Shown piece after piece: positions 8,263 to 16,152 of a DNA stretch of 44,167 nt. The stretch is taken from IMG/VR virus record IMGVR_UViG_3300037423_000772, positions 1 through 44,167 of that record; one strand, 5' to 3'. Source of the DNA: a virus. Its lineage: Duplodnaviria > Caudoviricetes. The notes beneath the pieces are model-generated. The model had not been told where the DNA came from. It did no database searches and was given only the letters and a program-made list of their open reading frames with translations. The translations under genes were made by a program, and so were the position numbers. The first letter of the stretch is position 1. Each line of letters begins with the position of its first letter.

Positions 8263-8462
8263 TCCTTGTAAATCCGCTACTTACGACTACAGGCACCAAT
8301 TAGCAGGACTGCTAAAGTGTTTGAATATAAAGGAATTTTCACCACGCCTGACGGATTGAAAATCCCCGTGTCGGGGGTTCGATTCCCTCCCCGGCCACCA
8401 CAAAACAAGCTGTTTTGTGAGAGTCAGTCCGTAGCAGTCCGTGAGTTGCACCGGATTTGCAC
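8228..8462. other. attP: attP region with putative integrase arm sites
   Basis: TTGCAC pairs with an 11-bp period at 8228/8239 and 8446/8457 flank the core. An AT-rich IHF-like tract lies near 8313-8340, and AGTCCGT is directly repeated near 8426-8442. Confidence 0.75.
8353..8400 (+). other. attP core: 3' half of tRNA-Phe(GAA), not a full tRNA
   Basis: GGATTGAAAATCCCCGTGTCGGGGGTTCGATTCCCTCCCCGGCCACCA contains the anticodon loop, T-arm and CCA; there is no D-arm or 5' acceptor strand. Confidence 0.92.
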
Positions 8463-8466
8463 CGAA

Positions 8467-8760
8467 TCACGGATTCGCCCATCCGTCGCTTTCATCGCCC
8501 ATCGCGGCTTTCGGCAGGCGGTCGTACCAGCGCTGCTTCGCGAGCAGTCCGGGCGGTCCGGTGCGCTTGCTCACCCACCGCTCGACGAAGCGCCTGCCCT
8601 GCGCCATCGACCCGCACGGCCCGACGTGGACGCGCCCGGCCCACTGGATGCGGGTCTGCCACTTCCCCTGCACCTGACGCACCGACGCCACGTTACCGGC
8701 GTAGTAGTCGAGGAAGGCCGCGCCATCGTGTTCGGTCCAGCGGTAGGCGTCGGGGAGCAT
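8467..8760 (-). CDS. Hypothetical protein beside attP (probably leaderless)
   Basis: Plausible protein; GGGACA-N17-TAGCAT ends 6 nt before the ATG. Confidence 0.65.
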   Translation of the reverse strand: MLPDAYRWTEHDGAAFLDYYAGNVASVRQVQGKWQTRIQWAGRVHVGPCGSMAQGRRFVERWVSKRTGPPGLLAKQRWYDRLPKAAMGDESDGWANP

Positions 8761-8829
8761 GCGGCCATGCTAGGCCGCTTCGCGCCGCCTGTCCCGTTTT
8801 CCTCGGGCAATGGGGAGTGAGTTCAACGG

Positions 8830-9786
8830 ATGAAATACAACCCGGCCTTGGATGGCATCCGGGCATTGGCGGTGCTGGCGGTGGTCGGCCATCACGCCTT
8901 TGTCCCCGGCTTCGAGAATGGACGCGCGGGCGTGGACGTGTTCTTCGTCCTGTCCGGCTATCTCATCACGACACTGCTCGCGCAGGAACATGCCACGGGC
9001 GGCATCCGGCTGGGCGCGTTCTACCTGCGCCGCGCCCGGCGGTTGTATCCGGCCCTGCTGGGGATGCTGGCGCTGTTCCTGAGCCTGTCGGGGCTGCTGT
9101 GGGGCTACACCGCATGGCGCGATGCCCTGATCGCCGGGCTGTACCTGTCCGACTACATCCGCCCCGAGCATCTGAGTCACACTTGGAGCCTGGCGGTGGA
9201 GGAGCAGTTCTACCTGCTCTGGCCGCTGGTGGTGATGGGCTTGATGCGGCTACCCAATCGGACCCGCGTCTGCCTGCTCGTGCTGGCGTATGCGCTCGGC
9301 ACGATCTGGCGCTGCCGGTTCATGGGCGACTTCGACCAGTCCTACTTCGGGATCGACACCCACTGCACGGGGTTGATCCTCGGCTCGCTTCTCGCGTTCG
9401 TGCCCACGTCGAAGTGGTGGGGACTGGCGGCGCTTCCGCTGACGTGGCTGGTCTATGCGTCCCGGCAGCCGGCCGAGCTGGTCATCACGCAATCGGAGTG
9501 GATGGGCGCGGCGTGGGTGCTGTGGGCCGCGTCAGGGGCGGCATGGCCGCTGACCGCCAAGCCCTTGGTGTTCTTGGGCCGCATCAGCTACGGCATCTAC
9601 CTCTACCACTGGCTGATCGCGGATTACTGCTACCGCGTGCTGGATCAGCACTGGAAGGGCATTTTGTGGCCCTCGCTGCTCGGCGGGATCGCGCTGGCGA
9701 CCCTGAGCTATTACACCGTCGAGCGGGTCTACAGGGTCCGGAAATCCCCGACATACAGCCCCGCGAACGCCGCCGCGCCGGGGTAG
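8830..9786 (+). CDS. Acyltransferase-3 (OafA/Oac-like) membrane O-acyltransferase, likely lysogenic conversion
   Basis: LDGIRALAV, GVDVFFVLSGYLIT, FYLRRARRLYP, HTWSLAVEEQFY and GRISYGIYLYH motifs; multiple TM segments; no SGNH domain. Confidence 0.92.
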   Translation: MKYNPALDGIRALAVLAVVGHHAFVPGFENGRAGVDVFFVLSGYLITTLLAQEHATGGIRLGAFYLRRARRLYPALLGMLALFLSLSGLLWGYTAWRDALIAGLYLSDYIRPEHLSHTWSLAVEEQFYLLWPLVVMGLMRLPNRTRVCLLVLAYALGTIWRCRFMGDFDQSYFGIDTHCTGLILGSLLAFVPTSKWWGLAALPLTWLVYASRQPAELVITQSEWMGAAWVLWAASGAAWPLTAKPLVFLGRISYGIYLYHWLIADYCYRVLDQHWKGILWPSLLGGIALATLSYYTVERVYRVRKSPTYSPANAAAPG

Positions 9787-10886
9787 AGCGTCGTTGTGGC
9801 GCTGGCTGTCGTCGCGGGCGTGACGTTCGTCCACGCCGGATATTCCTTTCCGCCCTTGATCTCGTACACCGCGCCGCTGCTGGTCGTCGTGATGCGCACG
9901 GTATAGACGCCACCGGGGCTATAGGTGCCGACCTGCCCGCGTGCGGTGCCGTTCTCGTAGACGTTCAACGCGCCACTGCCGCCGAAGTTCAGGCCGTGGG
10001 CCATGTTGCTGTAGCTGTGGCCCAGCCCATCCGACCAGCCGACGATGCCGGGGCCGGTGGTCGCGCTGCGTGGCGCGTGCACGTTGACGAGCATGGCCTC
10101 GCCCCGGCCGCTGGGCTGGGCACGGAACATGCCGTTGCCGCCCCAGCCGGTGCCGGTGATCTTCGTCCACTGGTAAGTCGTGTCGATTTCGGCCCCGCCC
10201 GTATGCGTCCAGACGGCCGGATCGAGCGCCGTGCAATCCATCATGTCGTCACGGAACAGATAGGCCGTGGTGTCGGGGATTGCGGACCAGTCCTTCGGAC
10301 ACAGCACAAGACAGACCCCGCCCAGCGGATTGCCGTTGGCCGTGGTGTTGGCGGCCGAGGATTCGATTTCCCCCGCCACCGCCAGACTGATCGGCACCCG
10401 CAGGGAATCGCCGTAGCGTTGCGGTGCGGAATCGCTGATCTCGTCCCACAGGTTCAGGCCGTAGCTGCCGCAGAACCGGGTGATGATCCACGCCATGTTG
10501 AAGCACGTGGCATGCGTGATGAAGCCCCCGTAGGCCCCCGGCAGCAGGGGCGCGACCTTCGATGCGCCGGTCAGCGGGATGAAGCGCGTGGGCAGCGTTC
10601 GCAGGCGATCGATGCGGGCGCGGGCCGTGGCGTCCGGATCTGCATAGGTCACGACGGACGGATCGAGCAGCATGGCCGTGGAGCCCTGCCCGGTGCCGTA
10701 GAGCGTGCAGTTGGTCAGCGGCATGGGCTGCTGCGGATTGCGCTGCTCGAAGCGCCCGGACAGGCCCAGCCGCGTCTGCCAACTGGCCACCAGCAATTTG
10801 GTGCTGGTGATCGGATAGGTAAACGCATCCACCTGCATCCGTTCCAGCGCATCGGGTTCCAGCGCGATTGCGTCAAAATGCCCCAT
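9729..10886 (-). CDS. Putative tail/receptor-binding protein with beta-sandwich C-terminus
   Basis: Last gene of the tail operon, TGATG-coupled; G/T/W-rich C-terminal half. Confidence 0.55.
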   Translation of the reverse strand: MGHFDAIALEPDALERMQVDAFTYPITSTKLLVASWQTRLGLSGRFEQRNPQQPMPLTNCTLYGTGQGSTAMLLDPSVVTYADPDATARARIDRLRTLPTRFIPLTGASKVAPLLPGAYGGFITHATCFNMAWIITRFCGSYGLNLWDEISDSAPQRYGDSLRVPISLAVAGEIESSAANTTANGNPLGGVCLVLCPKDWSAIPDTTAYLFRDDMMDCTALDPAVWTHTGGAEIDTTYQWTKITGTGWGGNGMFRAQPSGRGEAMLVNVHAPRSATTGPGIVGWSDGLGHSYSNMAHGLNFGGSGALNVYENGTARGQVGTYSPGGVYTVRITTTSSGAVYEIKGGKEYPAWTNVTPATTASATTTLYPGAAAFAGLYVGDFRTL

Positions 10887-11662
10887 CAGTGCCCCGAGTC
10901 GGTTTGCAGTTCGGCGAAGGACTTGCCCGCCCCGGCGGCGTAGAGGTAGTCCCACTCCGAATCGGTCAGGAAGTCCGGAATGACGAACGCCTCATCGATG
11001 CGGCCGTCAAAGGCGTTGAGTACCGTGCTGGTGCTACTGTTGTAGTCGGCTCCGATCGAGATGCCGAGCGGCGACGTGGGCGCGGTATTGGCGGTCAGCG
11101 CCGTGCCCGCATAGGCCCAGGTGCCGTTGTTCACGCGCACGCGGACATGCACGCCGTTCTTGCGCTCGCCTTGCAGGAAGTAGGTGGTGCCAGTCGTCAC
11201 CGTGCTGGTCGGCGTCGAGGCGTCCACGAATGAGCTGGAGTTGTCGCCTGCACGCGCAATGACGGCCCCGGTGGACAGCATGAACAACTGCAACACGCGG
11301 TCAAAGCCGTTTTGCGTGTTGGTCTCGCCGACCATCAGCGGGACGACGTTGGCGATGCTGTCGGCGTTGACCCAGCACCCGATCGAATAGCTGGTGCTGT
11401 TCGCGGGCGTCCACGGCAGCGTCGTCGCGCGGAATAGCGCATTGGGCGTCACATCGAGGCCGTTGCCTTTCTTGAACGCCACGGCCGAGGTCGCGCCCGT
11501 GCCGATCTTCGACGCGGAGGTGCTGTTCTTCGCGCCCGTGATCGGACTGGTTGCCGATTCCAGCGTGAACCACTCGCCGTTCCCAAGCTTCGTCCAGATG
11601 GACGCGGCATCGGAGTTGGTGCCCGACCCCAACGCCGCCAGGATTTGTTGGAGGACGGTCAC
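10886..11662 (-). CDS. LamG/concanavalin-A-like lectin-fold tail protein
   Basis: YSIGCWVN, ISIGA and FDGRIDEAFV...LTDSEWDYLY motifs; GTG start overlaps the upstream stop. Confidence 0.75.
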   Translation of the reverse strand: MTVLQQILAALGSGTNSDAASIWTKLGNGEWFTLESATSPITGAKNSTSASKIGTGATSAVAFKKGNGLDVTPNALFRATTLPWTPANSTSYSIGCWVNADSIANVVPLMVGETNTQNGFDRVLQLFMLSTGAVIARAGDNSSSFVDASTPTSTVTTGTTYFLQGERKNGVHVRVRVNNGTWAYAGTALTANTAPTSPLGISIGADYNSSTSTVLNAFDGRIDEAFVIPDFLTDSEWDYLYAAGAGKSFAELQTDSGH

Positions 11663-12612
11663 GTCAGCCCCGTCCCCGAGATGATCCACTCGGTGCTGGT
11701 GAGCTTGATCGCCGTGGCGATGCCGTTGGCCGCCAGCGTGCGGCTGCCGGTCGTGCCCGCGCCCGCGAGACGCAGGGTGTCCGTCGTGATCGCGATGGTG
11801 ACGGTGCCGGCGCTGGCCTGATTGACGAAGGTGATTGCCGTCCCGATCGGGAACGCCACGGAGCTGTTCGCCGGAATGGTGAACGTGCGCGCGGTGGTGT
11901 CCGCCGAGGGGTGCAGGATGTGCTTGCCTGCATCCGCAGCAACGCACGTGTAGGCCGTGGACTGGCTGTTCTGCGGGATGTTGCGGAAGCCGCAGAGCCC
12001 GCCTGTCAAGCCGTCGCCTTGCAGGATCGCGGCAGCTTGCGCGGCGGTCAGGTCCTCGGGGTCGCCCGTGCCGGCGGTCGTGCGGCCCTTGAGCGTGCTG
12101 TTGGCCATGTCGGCGAGCTTGGCGTTCGTGATCGCGTTGTCCGCGACCGTCGCGCCCACGACCGGCGTGCCGTCCGCCTTCGTGTAGGTCAGGCATTTCC
12201 AGTTGCCCGAGCCTTCCGAGACAAACCGCGCGCTATCCCCCGCTGCGGCGGTGATGTTGGCCCCGCCCGGCAGGATCAGGCTGGTGGCGTTGTGCGTCAG
12301 CGTGGGCGTGCTGTCGAAGATGACGTGCCGCTCCACACCCGCCGCCGCCGTGCCGAGCGAGGTGATCGGCCCCGTGCTGCCGGTGATGTGCACGCTGTTC
12401 CCGGTCGCCGCCCCGAGGTCGATGCTGGCCGCCGATGCGATGCTGCTGCCGCGCGTGCCCTTGTAGAGATTGGCGATGGCCTGCGTGGTGGTGCCGCCGG
12501 TCTGCCCTGTCGTGGCCCCTCCGGTGCCGCTGCCTGCGTCGGCCGCGAGGATCTCGGTGCCGGCCAGCGTCAGCGGGCGGCTGGCATTGAGTTGAGTGGC
12601 GGTCTTGGACAT
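11659..12612 (-). CDS. Tail fibre protein
   Basis: Thr/Ala/Gly-rich; ITNAKLA segment; C-terminal TFTIPAN..VAFPIGT...WIISG fibre domain. Confidence 0.8.
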   Translation of the reverse strand: MSKTATQLNASRPLTLAGTEILAADAGSGTGGATTGQTGGTTTQAIANLYKGTRGSSIASAASIDLGAATGNSVHITGSTGPITSLGTAAAGVERHVIFDSTPTLTHNATSLILPGGANITAAAGDSARFVSEGSGNWKCLTYTKADGTPVVGATVADNAITNAKLADMANSTLKGRTTAGTGDPEDLTAAQAAAILQGDGLTGGLCGFRNIPQNSQSTAYTCVAADAGKHILHPSADTTARTFTIPANSSVAFPIGTAITFVNQASAGTVTIAITTDTLRLAGAGTTGSRTLAANGIATAIKLTSTEWIISGTGLT

Positions 12613-15600
12613 TTAGCTCAGTGCCTGCAAGTAGTCGCCGGCATCGGTCACGATGTTTTCGGCGAGATCGGTCACAAGGAAATCGGCCACCGGCACGCTG
12701 GTGAACTGCGGCCGGTACACGAAGGTCTGCGTCGGGTTTTTCGCGGGGACGGTCCCTCGGGACACGGCGCGGAAGGTCAGCGTCTGCCCCGCGAGCTGCA
12801 CGTCGAGCGGAAGGAACACCACCGCCTGGTCCAGCAGGCACCACGCATCGCCCGCGCTGTGCGACGCGACGGTGGACCCCAGCACGCCACGCGAGAGGTC
12901 CGACAAGTCGTAGGTCTTGACGCCCGTGTCGGTCGGCGTGGCGAACTGACAGACTTCGGACGTGTCGTCGGCGGTGATGGCAAACCGGTTGACGCCCGCC
13001 GCGACCTGCGTCGCGCTCGCACTGTCCAGTTCGTCGTCGTTATGCAACTGGATCGAGAGCGGCTCGCCCGACGTGCCGATGGCATCCGTGAGGACACCCA
13101 TTGCGGCGGGCTGGTACAGCGTCGCAACGACGACTTCTTGCCCGTCGATTTGCAGATAGATGTCCGCGCCCGCCCAACCGGCCAACACGCCGCAGGCCGC
13201 GAGATAGACGCCCGGCACCGTGTCGGTGGGCCGCAGGGACGGCAGATTGAGGACCTGAAGGATCGTCGGTCCGCGTAGCGAGCTGGGGGGCGGAGTCGGG
13301 GTGATGGTCTGCGAGCCGGCCGCCGTGGAGACGTAGGCGCTTGCGCGGTCACGCACCAGCTCCCACTTGCTTTCGCCATCGCCCAACTCGGAGCGCGACA
13401 ACCGCCACCGCTTCCCCAACTGCACGATGTCCGACGGCGTGTAGATCGAGTAGGCTTCGGGCACTTCGACCGTCTTGCGGCCCAAGGCTTCTTCCCACGC
13501 GACCTTGCCCATGATCTCGGCGGTCTGCGCGCATTCGTCGCGCGTCATCACCACCGCCGTCTGGAGCGATACTTCGCCCGTCGCCTTGACGTTCTCCGTG
13601 ACCCGCTCGAACGTTTGCTTGATGGGTTCGTAGTTCGCGTCCGGGTCGGGCGCGATCAGGTGCAGCTTGCGCGGGAACTCGACCTGCTGGGCGCGCGTTT
13701 CTTCCTCGTCGTCGCTCTGCAACAGGTCGTCATCGCTGAGAGTGACGGCCACGGCACCGCCGCGCGGGACGGCATGCAGCTTCGTGCCCACATCGCCGTT
13801 GTCGCCCCACTCCGGCAGGTCAAAGAACTTGACCTTCTGCAATTCGCGCAACGCATCGGCGGCGGCCATGACGTTAGCCAGCGCCAGCCCGCGCAGCTCG
13901 CGTCCCGCCAGCGCGGTGACGTCCAGCTCGGTGACCGTGCCCCGGTCGCAGATGTCCGCGACCACTTCATCCAGCGGCGCGAAGTTCGGCGAGACCGTAC
14001 CCAGGACCGTGGCGCATTGACAGGCTTGCGACGTGCCGCGCGGATAGGTGTTGACGCTGCCCAGCCCCGTGGCCGAGTACGTCATCCCCGCCGGCATCAA
14101 GCCAGCCTCGACCGCCGTCGTGTAGGCGTCGTCCCAATAGGCTTGCACGTCGTAATTCGGATCGCCGGATTCCAGCACCGGCCCGAGCGGGAACGCATTG
14201 ATCTTGGCCGTGCCCAGCGTCCCGCCGTCCAGACTGTGGTCCAGCGGCGCAAGCTGCTTGAATGTGCTGGTGACCGTCGTGCAGGTCTGGCTGTAGTCGC
14301 GGACTTCGCCGTTGACGATGTAGAAGCCCGGCGCATCCGGCACCGGCAACGCATCGGCTGGCGGGTTGTGGTAGCAGCCCGTGGACGGACGGCAGGCGAT
14401 GATGAAGCCCGAGTAGCCGTTCAGACCGCTCGCGTTGTACGTTGCGCCGTCGTAGCAGTTGAAGGTGACATCCGAGCCGCTCGGCCCGAGCGTGCCCTGT
14501 TGCAACGTGACATTGCGATGCAGGACGGTGCTACCCGTGCCGTTGCCGCGCACCACGGCGGCCCACACGGGCGTGGGGTAATAGCTGCACGCGCCCGAGC
14601 CGGCGCTGGTGCCGCCGGCCTCGTAGATGTACGCCGTGCCTTCGGCGGTGCTGCTGTAGCGGGAATAGACCAGCCCCAGCACGTAGCGGTCGTGCCAGTC
14701 GTGGCTGCCGGTGGTGATGTCCTCCCACGGCGCGATCGGCTGGGCCGGGTTGAACCCGCCCACGGAGGTGGTCCAGCCCATGAGCGTGGCGTCGTCCACG
14801 ACCGACACGGAGAACTTGGTCTCCGCATCGGCAATCGCCGTGGCCACGTCATCGCGCCAGGGAATCGCCGGGTTCGTGTAATCGTCGTTGAACCCCAGCG
14901 CGGCGTACTGATAGGTCACGCCGTTCTTGCGGGGATCGCGCGAGGTGGGCGCGTCCTGCTGCCACGGCGAGTAGCCGTCGAAGTCCAGCGGCTCGTATTC
15001 GGCGCTGGCGTTCGTCGTATCGGCGTCGCTGCACACTTCCCAGCGGAAGTTCGGGATCGAGCCCTGCCGATCCGTCACGTCCAGATTGGTCAGCACCGCG
15101 TAACAGGTGCCGCGATAGGCCGGCACATTGCCGACGCCGCCGCCGTACTCGGCCGGCAACGCCTCCAGCGACGGGTCGGGCAGTTGCGTTTCGCTGCCCG
15201 GATAGAACGTGAGGATGGACGCGAACTTGGTGTTGTTCGCGTGCATGGTGGCCATCCACCGCTGCCACGCTGTCAGGTCGGTGTCCGGCGGCGGCGCGCT
15301 GACGTCATAGACGAGCTTGTCGTCCATCCACACGCGGCGCAGTTGCATTTCGCCGCCCAGCGGTGCGGCTTCGCAGATGCGGATCGCGACCGTGCGCGAA
15401 TACGTATAGGTCTGCTGGACCGGGCCGCCCTTGCCGGAGCGTTCGCGGTGCTTGCTTTCGACCAGCGGGCCAACTTGGATCAGGTTGCCGGCGATGCAGG
15501 CCGTGCCGTAGACGATGGGGCGCGGCACGCCTTCCATTGAGGTCTGCGTTTGCGCGTCGGTGAGACGCGGGCCTTTGACGACATCGGGATCGACGTAGCC

Positions 15601-15702
15601 GCCAATGGCCGAGCCAATCATCCAGCCAATGGACGTGCCAACGCCGGGGATGAAGCTGCCAATGACCGCACCAATGACGCCGCCGATGGTTGAGCCGGAC
15701 AC
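12613..15702 (-). CDS. Central tail tip/host-specificity protein (gpJ/GTA megatron-like)
   Basis: Gly-rich hydrophobic N-terminus, PIVYG, VPAYRGTCY, IPNFRWEV and RGVLGS motifs; follows NlpC/P60. Confidence 0.85.
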   Translation of the reverse strand: MSGSTIGGVIGAVIGSFIPGVGTSIGWMIGSAIGGYVDPDVVKGPRLTDAQTQTSMEGVPRPIVYGTACIAGNLIQVGPLVESKHRERSGKGGPVQQTYTYSRTVAIRICEAAPLGGEMQLRRVWMDDKLVYDVSAPPPDTDLTAWQRWMATMHANNTKFASILTFYPGSETQLPDPSLEALPAEYGGGVGNVPAYRGTCYAVLTNLDVTDRQGSIPNFRWEVCSDADTTNASAEYEPLDFDGYSPWQQDAPTSRDPRKNGVTYQYAALGFNDDYTNPAIPWRDDVATAIADAETKFSVSVVDDATLMGWTTSVGGFNPAQPIAPWEDITTGSHDWHDRYVLGLVYSRYSSTAEGTAYIYEAGGTSAGSGACSYYPTPVWAAVVRGNGTGSTVLHRNVTLQQGTLGPSGSDVTFNCYDGATYNASGLNGYSGFIIACRPSTGCYHNPPADALPVPDAPGFYIVNGEVRDYSQTCTTVTSTFKQLAPLDHSLDGGTLGTAKINAFPLGPVLESGDPNYDVQAYWDDAYTTAVEAGLMPAGMTYSATGLGSVNTYPRGTSQACQCATVLGTVSPNFAPLDEVVADICDRGTVTELDVTALAGRELRGLALANVMAAADALRELQKVKFFDLPEWGDNGDVGTKLHAVPRGGAVAVTLSDDDLLQSDDEEETRAQQVEFPRKLHLIAPDPDANYEPIKQTFERVTENVKATGEVSLQTAVVMTRDECAQTAEIMGKVAWEEALGRKTVEVPEAYSIYTPSDIVQLGKRWRLSRSELGDGESKWELVRDRASAYVSTAAGSQTITPTPPPSSLRGPTILQVLNLPSLRPTDTVPGVYLAACGVLAGWAGADIYLQIDGQEVVVATLYQPAAMGVLTDAIGTSGEPLSIQLHNDDELDSASATQVAAGVNRFAITADDTSEVCQFATPTDTGVKTYDLSDLSRGVLGSTVASHSAGDAWCLLDQAVVFLPLDVQLAGQTLTFRAVSRGTVPAKNPTQTFVYRPQFTSVPVADFLVTDLAENIVTDAGDYLQALS

Positions 15703-16152
15703 TCAGGGCCTCCAGGCTTCGACGATGCGGCGCGGCCACGGGCCGGCGAGGCGGGTTTCGATGACGCGGTTGGCCTCCTTCAATGCGTGGATCAGCGCAA
15801 AGCCGCCGAGGTAGTAGTCCGCCAGAATCGCGACGTGGTTGAACAGATCGGTGCCGTTGTCCTGATGCCAGCGCATCAGCACGACATCGCCCGCCTGCCA
15901 GTCGGTGACCGGATCGCCGAAATGCGCGACCAGCACATCGCGCAAGCCATCGGCCACCGGATCGCGACCGTAGTGCGGGCGGTCGGCAATCTCCCGGCCC
16001 ACCGACTGCAAGCACACGCCCACCAGTCCGACGCAATCCAGCCCGCGCTCCGAGCGGCCGCGATGGCGGAACGGCGTGCCGAGCTTGGAACGCGCGCACT
16101 CGAGGAACCCCGTCCGCTCCGCAGCGGACAGTGGCGTCACCAGTCGGGTCAT
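15703..16152 (-). CDS. NlpC/P60 tail-associated peptidase (gpK/GTA-like)
   Basis: GTPFRHRGR..GLDCVGL, GDVVLM, HVAI and IHA motifs. Confidence 0.9.
   Translation of the reverse strand: MTRLVTPLSAAERTGFLECARSKLGTPFRHRGRSERGLDCVGLVGVCLQSVGREIADRPHYGRDPVADGLRDVLVAHFGDPVTDWQAGDVVLMRWHQDNGTDLFNHVAILADYYLGGFALIHALKEANRVIETRLAGPWPRRIVEAWRP

Noticed and set aside
8353-8400. Possible phage-encoded tRNA-Phe
   Set aside because: Only the 3' half is present; it is the attP core.
8317-8820. 167-aa + strand ORF across attP
   Set aside because: It spans the recombination core and overlaps a better-supported - strand gene; the composition is not protein-like.
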